A DNA stretch of 62,345 nucleotides, the filler included, from Bipalium vagum (taxonomy: Eukaryota), in the NCBI GenBank assembly GCA_037834085.1. It is 3 parts of 3 records of this genome, joined end to end, with 100 filler letters (N's around TTAATTAATTAA, not from the genome) between each part and the next. Parts side by side here need not be neighbours in the genome. Positions count along the whole stretch, not along the records: positions 23,914 to 44,549 come from JBBMKC010248952.1; 2 more parts are not named here. One strand, written 5' to 3'. Position numbers and translations under genes: made by a program. Below the pieces are notes generated by a model, which was given only the letters and a program-made list of their open reading frames with translations, did no database searches and was not told the DNA's origin. This document shows, piece after piece, positions 24,002-38,963 of this stretch (the first letter of the stretch is position 1; each line of letters opens with the position of its first letter).

Positions 24002-25499
24002 GTAAAAATATTACAAAAAGTAAAATTGTAAATAAGAATTTTTAAAAATAGAATATAAGTAAAAATAAAAAAACAAAAATATTTTTAGTACATAAATACA
24101 AAAAATATATTAAATTATTATTTAAAGAAAGCAAACATTACTATAATTAGAAGTAGTGTTAAAATTCTTAATAAATAAAACATTCTTAAAAGTAAATATT
24201 ATAGTTTAACTTTAAAATCAGATAAAATTTATATTTTCTTTCTTATTTTGTTCGTAGTTCACATATAAGTTAGGGTAGTGAATTATAATTCATTGGGGTC
24301 TTTAAGATACTGGTGTTTATGTCAGTACGAAAGGATTCTCAACTTTAATTAATAAAAAATAACTTTTGGAAAATTTTCTTAAAAGGATTGTTGTTGCAGC
24401 AAAAATTTTGATTCTTGTAAATTACATATATTTGTTGGCGATCAGATTGCTACGATCAGATTGCTGTGGGCCTATCTAAATAGCTCGTATTTCACCCTCT
24501 AACAAAAACACTAAAACTGACACTCTAAAATTTTATCAAATTAAATGAAGGTAAGAACCTTTAGTCACAACAAACAAACTGCAACAATCGGCAGTCACAC
24601 TGAATCAACAAACTGTTCAGGTAGTCTAAAAATAACGCACTCCTTAATTAAAAAGCTGTGCCAGGGAAAACCCTGGTCAGCAAAATAAAAAATTACCTTT
24701 TTATTGGCAATTTTTTGGGCAAAAAATAATATATTTTCGCAGTCTTATATACTATATTACTGTTCATTTTAGCGTCTCTGATTGGCCAGTTACAATGTCA
24801 ACCATGATGTACTTTCTAAATTTAATTATTACTAAAAATAAAATTAATTTCTAAAAAATTAGAAAATTATAATTTTAGAAATATATGCTACTGATTTAAA
24901 TCAGTGGTTGATTTTAAAATAATATTTAAAATTTATTTAATTAATTTTAAATTAATAATTTTTAAAAATTACCAGCTTATTATTTAAATTTTATGTTTCG
25001 CCAAAATTTTTTTTACAGAAACTTATAAGATAGGATTCGAACCTCAACATATTTGCACATTTGTTAATCAATTTCAATATATTTGTATAATCTATGTTTT
25101 AGTTATTTTTTATTCATTTTTATAAAAATGAGTGGATTAGAACTGAAATAACAAAAAAATGTTATTTAATCTTAGAGTCTATAGCTCTCTTATTTTTTAA
25201 AAGAATTAATTAAAATGAATCAGTAGCCAGTTGTTACTGTTCCGTGAAAAAACGTTATGCTTAGTAATTCACAATAAAATGATAATTGTCACAAGACAAT
25301 TGTTTTATATCAAATATTTTTTATTCTGGTGTATAATAGTATTTATAAAAAGTATTTAACACCGTTGTTTTAATATTGTTTATAACTATCGTCCATAATA
25401 AGCAAAAATTTTAAATCCAATTTAAAATCAAAAACCGATTACAAGTATAAAAAATAATTAAAAAATTGTCTCATTAAATTTATTTATTAACTTAATTTA

Positions 25500-26180
25500 A
25501 TTATTTAATAACTTTTTAGAATTGAATGAAAATTTCACAAATGAGTTTTTTGGGAATCAAATGCCACAGTTGCTACCAAAAATATCAACGATGTTTACGG
25601 TGAAATGGTTGATGGTCGCAAATGTCAAAGATGATTCCACCGGTTTTACAATGGCGATCTCAGTTTGGAGAACAAACCACGGAGGCATTGATAATCTGTG
25701 GTAGATATTAATGTGATAAAGACTATCATCGAAACAGATCCTAGACAAATATTAGAAGAAATGTCTGTTCTATTAAACTATATTGTCAGCAATGTATGGA
25801 ACCACATAAAAAGATAGACAAATCCAAAGAGTATGGTGTTTGGGTTACTCATAATTTAATCGTAAACAGAAAAATAATCGAGTCCAGATCTGTCTCTCAT
25901 TATTCACTCGACATTTAAAGGAACCATTCTTCAAATAGATTGTGACTGGAGATGAAAAGTGGATAATGTATGAGAATCCACATAAAAAAAATCAATGTTT
26001 TTCTCCAGTCCAAACCAATGTACCAGTGGCGAAAGCAGGACCTCGTCCAAAGAAGGTCTTTTGGAGTTTCTTCTGGAATTGCAAAGGAGTAATTCACTTT
26101 GAATTAATGGAAATGAGTCAAAAAAGAAATTCCGATGTATATTGTAAAATTCTTGACCGTTTAAGAAATGCATTAATTGT
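25500..26180 (+). mobile_element. Truncated mariner transposase remnant
   Basis: GVWVTHNL, IVTGDEKWIMYEN, FWNCKGVIHFEL. Confidence 0.85.
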
Positions 26181-29100
26181 GAAACCTTTTTTTACTTTTC
26201 TAAACTCACATCTGATTCATTAATGAACGTGTTTTTTCGTCACTCATTCTCAACAATATTTTAGATACCATGTCAAATTAAATTCAAATAATGAATGGTT
26301 CATAAAATTTAATATCTAAATTACCGAAATGCAACGTTGTTAGATTACTATTTGAATTATTTATCAAACTCAAAAAGGAATACAATCTATGCATAGGCCT
26401 ATTAAAATCACTTCAGTATAAATTAACTCTAAAATTGAACGGTTTTGGTTATTTATATTGAAATTATGGTTAAATCTAACCACAGAAAATTTATACTATT
26501 TTTATCAGAATCACCAATCAAAGTTTTTCTGTTAAGTTTCTCAAATTTATTTACATCATCTGAATTGGTTTAGCCTAAAACTGATGTAAAATGGGAGTAG
26601 AAATAATCTGTCAGAAAGGTGTTCTAAGCAAGGTCAATTTCAATCCATTACAACTTTAATGAAGAATTCTTTAAAATAAAGTTAAACACTAAGAAACCGT
26701 TTAACTAACCAAATTTATGATGAATTGAGATAAATGTGGCCTATCTTTATATTTTAAAATTTCTACAGTCTGCTAACATGAAATAATAATAATTCTTTAT
26801 CCGTTTATCACAATGTTCTTGTTCATCTCATTATTTTATACAGGTAAGCCTTTAATTAACGAACACCAAGTTTTTACTGATGTTCGTAACAGAAAAGTAA
26901 CGAAGATGTATTACACAACAGCAAAATTTCTTTAAAATATTACACAATAATTGGAAAAATATCAGTATAAAAAGTATATTAATTATTGACTTTAACAGAA
27001 TAATCAAACAGAATCGAATTTCTTGATTTTCTTTCCAACAAAGTCGATTTTCTATCGTTTAAATTATTTATAATTTTTAAAAAATAATTAATTCTCAAAT
27101 GACACAAAATTTCAGGTGCCTGAAATTTTCATGAAATTTATTAAGCTTTCTGATATCGATGTTCCAACAGAACTATTGGACATGGTATGCACAGAGAAAT
27201 ATAATTTTTTGGTTCCAAAAACAGACTGGAACTGGAAAAATTGATTTCAAAGATTTTTCAGAAGGAATAAAATTACGAGGTTTATTAGTTAATTTTAGTT
27301 CTAAAACCACAAAAAGTAGATAAGGGAAAATGAGAAAAAGCAAAATTAATGTGAAGTTCACAATTGATTAAAATCTTAACAAGAAACATACTGAAACAGG
27401 AAAACAGAGATTTCTAGAACTGTTACACTTTAATTAATAATGAAATTGTTTTAACATTTGAAAATAATTTTCAGTTCTTTAATGTCATTGATACAGTTAA
27501 AATTTCAGCCAATCAAATATTTAAATAAAAATTCAAAACGACAGCATTTTTTCAGCTCAATCTTAAAAATTTAATTGAAATAAATTAAATTTTAGTGAAA
27601 GATCATTATTAACTAAATATTTTCCGGTTATCGTTTTTTTGAATTTTGACCGTTCAATTTGTACATATCACCGGAGAAAGGTCTGAACATTATCAATTTT
27701 TTAACAGAATGACAGACATCACAAAGAAACTTTCAACCAGAAATTTAAAATTAATTATAATCTTTACCAAAAAAAATTAAGAACGATAAATCTTTTCAAT
27801 TACTTTGATAAATTATAATCTCAAAATCATTTCACTGCTACGTTTCGGTCTCATTGACAATGATTTTTTTATGAAACAGAAAATTAGGCTCTGGAATCTC
27901 CAGGTTTTAAGAAAAAATTTCCTACACCAAAATTAATTAACTCCCAACTTCAATGGAAAAATTCCAATTCAGAACGAATTTTTCAAAAAATAAGAAGACC
28001 TCTTCTTTCATTCCAAACTGAAAAATAACTAAGTTTGTCTACCAACTCAATTGAATACATCCATATACAAACACTCAATAACCACATAAACACACAGACA
28101 CAACATACAAACATTCATAGTTATATGTACATGTCCACAGATTTACATGCATCGACTACTTGAAGTTTTACACACAAAACAAACACACACTCACACACAC
28201 ATACAAATCCATAGACATGCCCAATTCTTCCTGGTAATCAAAATGGATCTAATTTATTACGTGTTTACAATATACGAAAATACTCAGTACCTGATGACAC
28301 ACAGACTCGGTAAAAGAAAACCAGCCAATGAGAAAAGGGATTAAAATTAAAATTAAAAATTGATTCACTGGTTTTCTTATCATTGTTATTGTCTCTGCAA
28401 CTTTTCCAAAGAAATAATAAACACAATAGCTGAGCAAATTCAACCATCAACAAAATCCCAGATTCCAACGATCAGTGAACCGAATTATTGATTTGTTCAT
28501 CTATTTCAAAGCAAAATCTATTAATATTATTTATAACTAACTTGCGACTATTGGTCGATCGATTTGTCAGTGTAAAACTATTAGTAAGTGCAGTTTGTTA
28601 TTATTTTTTTTAATATAAATATATATAAAACATTTTAGAAATTATTGAATTTTCCTTTTTTATCTATTAATTATGAAAATGGGAATTTTTTGTATCAATT
28701 TATTTTGCTTAAAAATACGTTTGTAATTTTCAGTGGCAAATTACGTTTTTATGCAATGCCTATTGCTTGTTGTTGCCTTATGAAAAGAAAACTCTCAGAC
28801 ACTTTTTTGGAAAGCAGTGAAAAAGTCAGTGATTTTGTTTATGAAATAGAAATTTCATTTAGCTTGTTATGAAAGCTCCGCTTGTTCACGGATGTTTGTG
28901 TTTTCCTTTTGTAATGATTTGTTTATTTATCATGAAAATATTTTATTTTGTTTAATATCAGCCCTCTTTCATTGGCATTTCCAGAAACTAAATGGATAGT
29001 GTTATGTTCATGAAATATTACGTTCTCTACTTTTTTCTTTGATAAGAATGTCTCCTGCTTTTCAAATATCGAAAAAGTAATCGATTCTGTCTAAATAAAG

Positions 29101-30349
29101 TTGAGTTGATTAAAACAATTTAGTAATTATAAATATTTTGGTCAGTTTTTTCTGGGAAGCTTGGGAAATTGACATATGCTATTTATTGTGACAATTAAAA
29201 GTTAAAAGTTTGACCAACTTCTCCACAATTTTCAAGAAATTAACAGCTTAAATTATTTTAATTATGGTATGGGTTTCAAAATTAACTTCGTTACGTTACT
29301 ATTTATTTTTTTTAATCTTTTCAATATTGTTTTCTTTCTAAATAAATATAATTATTGTGGACATTATTCATGTATTCTTGGAATGGATCAATCTCTTCTT
29401 CGTTTTTTAAATATTAGGAACACATATCTAACATATATTAGTGGACTATTTCCATTGAAGTCATTTACTTTCTTCTCTAAGTTATCGATAAATTAGGCAG
29501 CCAATATTAGTTCTAAAGGTGATTACATAGTAACTTCATCTCTTTGCATGCACCACTTACTGTTGAATAAAAATGAAATGTCTTTCGTCCTAAATTAGAT
29601 AATCGCCCATACTAAATTCGTCCATAATCCCTTTATCATCTCTATTATTCCAAAGAGAAACACAGATCAATTTTTCAAAAATAAAGACATTCGTAAATAA
29701 ACTACTTACGTCAAATAATACCACATGGTCTTTTTCCGAGGTTTTCTCAGTTATTTATAAAATAATTAAATTTTTTTATTTCACTTCGTATTTGATTTCT
29801 TTTAATAGTTTTATTTATTCATCAATAATTTTTGATTTTTTATGTTGGGAACATTTTGTCATCGTCTTACTGGTTGATTGTGTATGTTTGGTGTTTGTGA
29901 CCCATGACATGTTAATCGTTTGGCTATTTCTCTTTTTCGGTCTCTTTTTTTTCAATATTGATAAAATCATTTATTTTGTATTTTTGCAGTCTGTAAATAG
30001 AGTTATGTTTAAAAAAATTTTGGAATTAATGGTTCTGGGAAAGTTTTTTTTAGAAATGTCATTTATGGAACAATTATACAAATAATATTCTGATTCCCTA
30101 ACAGATTTTCTTATCCAAAAATTGTGTTTATAATATCCATTGTTTTAGAAGTCCCACAGAGTAATCATTCACAACCCTCTTTATAATTTAAGAGTCTAAC
30201 AGTTGCAGGCCTAAATTACTTTCATTATGTTTTCACTTTCGAAATTTAATGTCGTTATTTTACCATTAAATGTTGCTCTGATCATTTTAATTGAAGTCTC
30301 ATTATATGTCCTCAAATAAAAAAAATTATTTTTGAAGTATTTGCTTTCA

Positions 30350-30660
30350 ACTGGTTGACCTAATTCATTTTCGAGGCCGCGATAATTTGAACGGAATTTT
30401 CTATACCAGCAGAAAACTGATAGTTCATTAATACCATTCTCTTCAAACACCAAACAGAAATAAATAATAAACAAAAACAACCCAAAGTCTTGGTCTTTTT
30501 ATTCTTTCAAAAATGGTTATGAATGTCAGTGTCTTCAGACATTGAGCTTATGTCCAGACCAAAAATGAAAGATATCAAGTGGTTGGCGTATTGTCACAAA
30601 TATAAAATGTCATACTTAGTCTTTCAAAAGTCTGATGTTTCATACTTGATCAACTAATAT
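30350..30660 (-). mobile_element. Mariner N-terminal remnant
   Basis: VFEENGINELSVFCWYRKFRS...LENE. Confidence 0.5.
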
Positions 30661-31725
30661 TATGTATGTGAAGCTTATAAGCACAAAATGTATTATGGTT
30701 AATCTTTATTAAATGTCACATTATAAAGTATAAATTGATAAAGATTGACACATTATTATTTGTTTCCTTAATTATCTAAAATATATAGTCCACAATTGGG
30801 ATAAATTTTGATTTAAATGTTGCATTTTCTGACCATGTCCTGGCGACCAAAGAATGGTACGAACTCAAATACCTATCAATCTGGAACTCCGGAAATTGAG
30901 ACCTATCCGTCAAGTGGTTGGGAGCTCCGATCCGTAGAGCAGCAATGACTATGGGAGTACAGAGTCTGACCCAATTACCAATAGAATTTCCTAAAACTAA
31001 TACCAGAAACATTAAACTTCAAAAAACCCGGCATCAATGATTTGGTTCTGCCTCTCGAGGTACCAAATCGCTTGAGTCTTCACAAGTCCATGGAACGCCA
31101 AATGTGTCCAGATTGTCAGAATCATAAAAATTATAAATGTGACAGTTAAATCAATTTTTGATATGCAATCGTAAATATATCAAAAAGAGAAATATTCAAT
31201 ATTTTATTTCAGAGAAAAATTTCTAAAAAAATTCACTTTACATCACTTTTTAAAATGTTTATTATACATAGTCAAGAACCTCTTCTCGAAATATTTTTTC
31301 AGAGAAGTCGCAGTTAGAAAAAATTGATTTTAAAAAATAACAGGGTTAATAAGATGACATTAGTAGCGTAATCATTTAAACAAACTAACTATTACATTTT
31401 CTTCTTTAAAGATGCATTTGATTCAGTGACGACACATAAAATCTTGGGACTTTCACTTTATCAAATATTTTGTACACTTGTAAAATCTTCATACCATTCA
31501 ATGCTTTCCTTTAAAAAGAAATATGAACATTCTATGTTTAAAAGATCAAATTTCCTCCTCTAAAAGGAAAATGGCTTATTATAGATAAAAAAAGGTTTGA
31601 AACCATAACGACTGATTTTTGAGTAGCTTTTTTTTGTAAAAAGTTAGGCCAAAAAAAACTAAAATTAGAAAAATTTATAGTAACAAGTATTAGAATTTTT
31701 ATTCATCGTTATTGGTTCATGACCA

Positions 31726-31726
<1 letters not shown>

Positions 31727-31788
<62 letters not shown>

Positions 31789-31830
31789 ATTAATAATAAT
31801 ACTAATATTATTAATATTATTAATATTTTT
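31727..31830. repeat. (TAT)n microsatellite
   Basis: About 60-bp perfect TAT run followed by degenerate AAT/TAT. Confidence 0.95.
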
Positions 31831-33534
31831 TTTAATTTTAATTTTTTAATTTTTTTTAAAATCCTTATATTTTTACCATTATTATTTTATTTTTTTTATT
31901 ATTATTATTATTTTTTATACTTGCTCTCTAAAATATACTTATTTAATAAAATCAATTAACACAAAATATATACGATTTTATGAAACCGAAAGACAGAAAA
32001 ACAATATAAAAATAATTTTAATTAAAAAATGATAATCCTGTAGAAATAATGATAAAAATTGATAATACCTGTTATTATGATAATATCCGATCAACGCCCT
32101 TATACATGATGTAAAAGAATAAATAAAAACACTGAGAAATAAAGATGGAAATCTTCACTTGCACACCAACAAGATGGAGACATGAAAAGTCTGAAGATTC
32201 ATTCATTATTTAAAAAGAAAGCAAATGTATTCCTTTATTGTTTAAGATTCTCTAGAAACCAAGGGAAATAATTTATTTTTCATATGCAGAGAAAGCCTTT
32301 TCTGATGAAATTCTTGTCAATTTACTTTTTTTGGAGATTTTTCAATTATTGGAGTTCCTGGATTATTTTATCTTTTCTGTTGTCTGAACCACCATTATGT
32401 ACGAACTCTTTAATCAAAATAAAAATAGAAAAGAAAAAATAATTTTAGAAATTATGAAAAATTCTGACTTTTATTCAAGTTTTTTCAAATTTTAACTGAT
32501 AATAATCGCTACCATTCTATTTACTAAGTCTAAAATCTCATTTCCTGAAAAATGAAGACAAAAATAGATGTTGATGATCATTCTGACTGCAAATTTTCCC
32601 ATAATTTTATTGATTTCTGCTTTTAAAAATTCTAATACCCGGAATGTTTAATTTTTTCACGGGATTCACGACCCTCCAGCTTCGATTATAAATGCTCTTC
32701 AATTTATTTAAAAGTCATTACCTCCACCTTTTCGAGGACCTTAACATATATAATATCCAGTTTTAAATATTCCTTAGTATTTCAATATATGATGCTTTTA
32801 AAAGTCTTTTTTGTTATTCGTCAATAAATATTAAAGTCTTCGAACTATTCATTCCAAACCGAACTCTTTTTCATTATGTCTCTCATTAGTTTTATTGGCT
32901 AATTTTTAAATGTAACTCATTTACTTTGGAAATTTCTAAAAACCAAATTTATTAAAAAATTATAATTATTTAAATATATTTTTTCTGCACTCTTTCATGA
33001 AACCCTCTGTATACACATTAATCGATACCTATTAAGTTATTTTGGTTTATTATTTTTATACTTTAACATTGTCAATAAATGAAAGTATTTAGTTTTGGCT
33101 TAAACCAAAGACAGAATTAAAAATATAAATATAATCTACTGTTGTAACCAGGAACGATCAGCTCAATCATTGTTATACTCCGCTCAATGAATGTTAGACA
33201 GAATAATCTGAGGAAATATAAATTGACTTCATTTCATGGATAATATGTTTTTCAATCTGTCACTTGTAATTATTCCAAAACATCATAAACTTTTATATGA
33301 TAATTTCACATTGTCTGTTAAAGTTTTGTCAATATTTTTGCAATCTTAAACTAAATTATCATATCATTTTTTTAGTGTTACCTAAAATTAAACAATTCAA
33401 TATTGGAACTGGAAATAATGAACCAACAAAAATTAAGGGATTTCTTTTGTAAAAAAAATATAATAAAAATTTAAGAAACAATGTATATGGGGTGGTTCAA
33501 AAGTGATGAGATTTTATCTATTAATTGATTTATT

Positions 33535-34215
33535 CAGTGATTCTCAATTTATTTGTCACGGCAGTTTTATGTGACGCAAAATTTTATAAAAAAATAATTT
33601 TTAAAAATGTTACTTGTTTAAAGAGTAAAATATCTTTGAAAGCTTTGTAGATTTTGAAGGTAGGTCTTTCAAAAAAAGTTAAAATGGATAAATGATGAAA
33701 AAAGAAAATTTCACGATGATGGTAATGACGATCCTAACGATCAGTCTTATGACACCACGCCCAATACAAGTAAAGATATTTACTACAAAACGTATCATAA
33801 GGAAATATAATGAGGATTTCGTACAATTTGGATTCCTATGTACAATGGAAAATAATATAATTGTTCCCGAGTGTCTGGCATGTTATTGTAAATTAGTGCT
33901 ATGGTTTCGAGCAAGTTCAGATGTCACTTGTTGACTAACCATGTTTCCTTTGTATCAAAGACATAAGCTACTTTCATAATTCTTATCGGCAAAATTCAGA
34001 CCAGAACACGTTTTAGAAAAACAATTTAGTGAGTCTGATAAAACTCAGATAGGTTCTTAATTGCCAAATTAATTCCAGTTTAAATAAAACTTGATAGCTT
34101 GGCTGAAGATTGGTGAGTTAGTACAAATTGATATTCGTAAAATACCACTTTCAAATGACACATCTCATCGTAGAATTAAAGACATCGCGACATATTGAAG
34201 AAAATAGAGCAAATC
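33535..34215 (+). mobile_element. hAT (Buster/Charlie, ZBED5/SCAND3-like) 5' remnant
   Basis: CAGTGATTCTCAA terminus; RKYNEDFVQFGF, PECLAC, MVSSKFRCHL, IPLSNDT, RRIKDIA. Confidence 0.8.
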
Positions 34216-37200
34216 TAAGATTTTAAATGAAGAATTTAATTCCTTTTTTTTAAAAGGAGAGATATTACCTTGATTAATTCTATTAAATATTTTTGTATGA
34301 CTCAATTAATTCGGGAATATTCAATAATTAGTTCTCAATTTGCGATTTATTGTGATCTTGTCACATTTTTTGTAAATAGAAAAATTTAATGGAGAATTTG
34401 GCAATCCTTCAGTTAAGCGGCGGAAAATATTTTAAAGCATCACAAATCTTCTGATACATTTTTAAGCTGTGCATAATTTTTGAATTTATTTCAGTTTTAA
34501 TTTAATCAGCCATGTCGCGAGGTAGACTAACTGCCCAAATTTCGACATATTTTATTTCGATATTTTGGAAGAAGACAAGTGTTTATTGAATATTGACTGT
34601 GCTCCGGTGGATTGCACCACTCCGGGTCATTTGAAACAGTATATATTTTAACCAGGATAACCGTCCATTTGGACTAAATGTCTATCAGGATGCAATGCAC
34701 AGTTACCGATAGTACTCCAAGTCCTGCAGAAACCGTCGAAGTGGTCACAGTGCACCTTTCATGTGGCGTTAACAGTTTGATGTTTTCGCATTCATTTATA
34801 GTTTTACTCGCCAGTATACCCTTTGATTTGTATACTCGCACCTTAATTGCAGCTTTTATTCAAATATCTTAGTCTTTTTTATTTTACGCCGTTCAGAAAA
34901 TTGGTGTCAAATTTTGTACTGCTTAACTGAAGTGTTACCAAAATTTAGAATTTCATTTATGACCAACCTAAAGAAAATAATGGCTTCAGTGCTTGAAAAA
35001 CAGAGCAAGTTCTAATAACACCAGGCATATTTTTGTGAACTGAAATCAACTTTATAATATAAAATGTCAAATCAATCTTTAATGTATAAAAGAATTTTTT
35101 TTGGAAAATATTTTCTGAATATGGATTTTGTGCGAGAATTATTGGAAAACCAATTAGAGAATAAAATCACTTATTAAAACAAATTAAGCAGGAAAAGGAA
35201 ATTTTTCCAGTTGCATGCCATAGCTGGTTACAAAGGAGACTTATCGATTCCGAATATAAATGCTTTAATTATATCTGTCACATTAGAAATGTTAAACAAG
35301 GTGTCTCTCAGTTTGCACAGTAAAAAGCAACATTTAAATACCTTTATTAAGTCAAATAACCGTAAAATATCTCTTAAACATTTTATAAATTGAATTATTT
35401 CGAGCTCTTCTTCTAATGAGACATAATTTAATAAAATATAATTTTTCTAAACGAAAACGAAAAGGAAAAATGTTGACTCGTAATTTAATTCGTTTTTTGA
35501 GCTTTCCTTATTTATATTTTGTAAACAAAATCTACCCATTTTGTTCTTTTATCCAAGTGTCACTGGAAAATTCCTGTTTTATTTTATTTGTCAGTTCTCC
35601 ATTTACGTTCTCATCAGAGGTTCAGAGTTGTTTATTTGATATGAAACAAGAACGAGATATCTTATTAGTCATAAATAAATATAAAATAAATAAAAAAGTG
35701 TTGTGTGTACTATTAACGGAAAATTTTTATAAAATAAAATGTAATTTTTTTTCTTTATTTTGAAGATTTCAGACTGGAAATCATGTTCTGAATTTTGAGA
35801 ATTGCAGAAATTCAAAAGAAATTGTCTAGCAACACTGACGATATTTTGTAAAACTTTTATTAAAATTATTTTTGCAATAATAATTTTTATTTATTTTTAT
35901 TGGATTAACGATGTTTGAAAAGACAAAGTTACTGTTGCCAGACAATTTTAAAAACCTTATTAAAAATTGTAATTTTTTTTCTTAATAATTTCAGACATTT
36001 ATATTTTACTTAAAAAATCGCAAATATTTGATTTTTTTCTTTTTTCTTATTAAAATCACTTTGACATGAAAAACTACTTTAATGATGTTACAAAACCTTA
36101 ACTCACTTAAAATTTCATCTTCAATCACATTTTGAAGCGGAAGGTCTAGTGTGGTCCAGAAATTTAATTCTGAAATACCTATTATCACTACTTATTGTTT
36201 TATTGATCTTAAAAATCTTATTCTGAACCACAAAGACAATAAATAATGTAATTTTACACTTAGCTTTGAAAATAATGAAGCACATCCAATATGTTACCAT
36301 TCTTACAAATGTAAAATATTTAAAACTAAATAGTCTGCCGAGGAACTCTTGAGCTTTTTTTATTTTATTAATTTTTTTCAAAGTCCAACACCTTTCATGA
36401 CCATATCACTATTTAATTACCTAATTTGTTTTCTATGACAACTTTTACCATAATTAGTTTCTGACATATAATTATTAATCCGAAATTGAAGATGAAAGGG
36501 GCTGCTTATCAGACTAATCCAAAATAATTAGTATCCGGGAATAATTATCTCCAAGAAACTCATTCCATCAAATAAATTAATTGGATCTATTTCTAAATTT
36601 CTTGGAAGAAAAAACCGTTTGGAGATTTCTACACCAGTTCTACTTTTTCTGTAAATCAGAGACTAATAATCCTCCATTCATATATTCGAAAAAACTTCAA
36701 AAATTCTGGATTTCAGATAAGATGGTTTAGTATTATTACTTATTTTAAAACAAAAAATAGTCTACCCTAATGGATGGAATTCATTTTTTACATAGACATT
36801 GTCCAATATCGTTTTTAAAAGAAAAAATTTTATGACAATTTTGATATTATCAAAGTGATGAAATTATTCGAGATTTTATTTCTACCAGTAGAATTATGAC
36901 TAGGGCAACTAAATGCGTTTTTAACACTTTTTGCACATTTTGCACTGTTTTGTAATGTAATATCATAAAATAAGTTTCAAAACAAGACTGCCGTTTTTTG
37001 ATAGAGTAACATTACTTTATTAAAATTTAATATTTTTCTACAAAGTTACCATTAACATCGATATACCTATGTAAACGATTATAAAACGTTTATAAAAGAT
37101 GAGTTTTTTAACGACAACTGTACTCCTCGACTCTGACGTAATAGGTTTTAATTATATAATTTTTTTATATGATATTGCGATTCCTCTATACTTATGCTTT

Positions 37201-38132
37201 TAAGCTTGAAAATAAATGAGATGACCAAGAATTTGAAATATTGATGTGAGATATAAAATAATAAATTTTGTATTGTATTCTTATTTTTCAGATTAGAACA
37301 CATAATTTCGATTAGTGGCTTTTTCTTCACGCAAACCGTTAAGACTCACAAACTTAAATATATCACTAAGGAGTTAAACTCTCACATCCAGGTCTACGGA
37401 AGACGGAATTTTACAAAATGTAGAAAAAATATGATGCTAAAATTATTAATTGGTTAAATTTGACACATTATTCTTTATTTAGTTTTCTTCACAAGATGAG
37501 AATTGAAAAATCGGCTAGACACATGAGAGAGTTCTTTTAAATAAATAAAAGAGACTTCACTCTTTCTAAAGAGAAAGTCACTCTAAAAGCCTTTCACTTC
37601 ATACTTTCTTGTGTGCAAATTAATATTTATCATCGTTACTTTTATCAAAATTGATTAAAAAGCTAAAATGAAAGAAATATTCTCCTTTAAAGATAATTAT
37701 GGCGAATTTGATAAAATTAAGTAAGGAGAAGCGTGAAAAGTTTTTTGTGTCATGATTTTCAAAGTTCTCTGTATCTGAATAAATTGTAAGAAAACTGGAG
37801 AATATTTCCGAAAAAATAATCTAAGTCTTTACAGTATATCAATCATTCTCAGAGGAAAATTTTTATTTAGAAGGCTAAAATAAGTATTCATTGTTTTCAT
37901 TTCCCTTGGATTAAATATGAAAAAGGAAATTGCATAAAATATTGCACTTAAATGAAATTTTTGACAATGTAATTAAATGAGCTAACAAAGTCTACCAATG
38001 AATAAAGTATATTTCATAAATTGCCATTATATTCTTAGATTTTATTTATACCTTGACAGAAAATATTGTGAAGGATAAAACAATATATCCTATTTGTTTT
38101 TAAAAATATATGTTTAAAAAATATAAGTAACA

Positions 38133-38963
38133 AAGTAGAATCCGCTTAATGTGATCATACTGGGACCAACTACTTTATATAACATTAACCGAAGGATATA
38201 ATAAATTACCATATCCATCTACTTTTACCAATTGTATGACATCAACATAACGGACAACAATTTATTTAAAGTTTATTAACTTTTCCTAAAGTCACATTTT
38301 ACAAAAGCACTATTTTATTTGAAATATTCATACTGTGTTTTTTGGCGTTTCTTTGAGTCCAATAATTTCCCAATGAATTGTTCATATTCATATTGTTTCT
38401 AAAAGTTTTTCGCTAGGTTGGTGGAGTTTCTAAAATTTCTTCTTTTTCAATTTTATCTTCATTGTTTAGTGATATATTGGAATCTATAACAGATTGACAA
38501 AGGTCTGATTTTGTCATTGCTGCCGCTTTCTGTGCATCATTTTCCATATTTAATGAATTATCAAATTTCTCTTTTGATATACAATGTGGATGCGATCCCA
38601 GATATCGCTAACGTCATCAAATTCTTGGAATTTAGAATCTGTTTTTTAAAAATCAACTCTTTTTGAAACAGTTTATAACTGAGTTCTCTGCGATATGCTT
38701 TCACGACAGAATTTGAACCCACAAATTTTAAATTGAGTGATAATCCGGCCTAATAATATTTTATAAAAATGTAATTGGCTGGTAAATTCTTTATTAAATG
38801 GTGACATTTAATTTTTAATAAGTTGATAACATAAACTGAAATCTTGATTACAATAAACAGCCTTTTTTAATAGATTTACTTAGAAAGAATTGGGACTTGA
38901 TAATGTTGATAACATTAATCATTTGATAGCATCAATCATGATCACATTAAGCGGATTCTACTG
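38133..38963 (-). mobile_element. Internally deleted pogo/Tigger derivative (non-autonomous)
   Basis: 25-bp identical inverted repeats AGTAGAATCCGCTTAATGTGATCAT; right end CTACTG-TA; internal minus-strand remnant VINCFKK. Confidence 0.88.
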
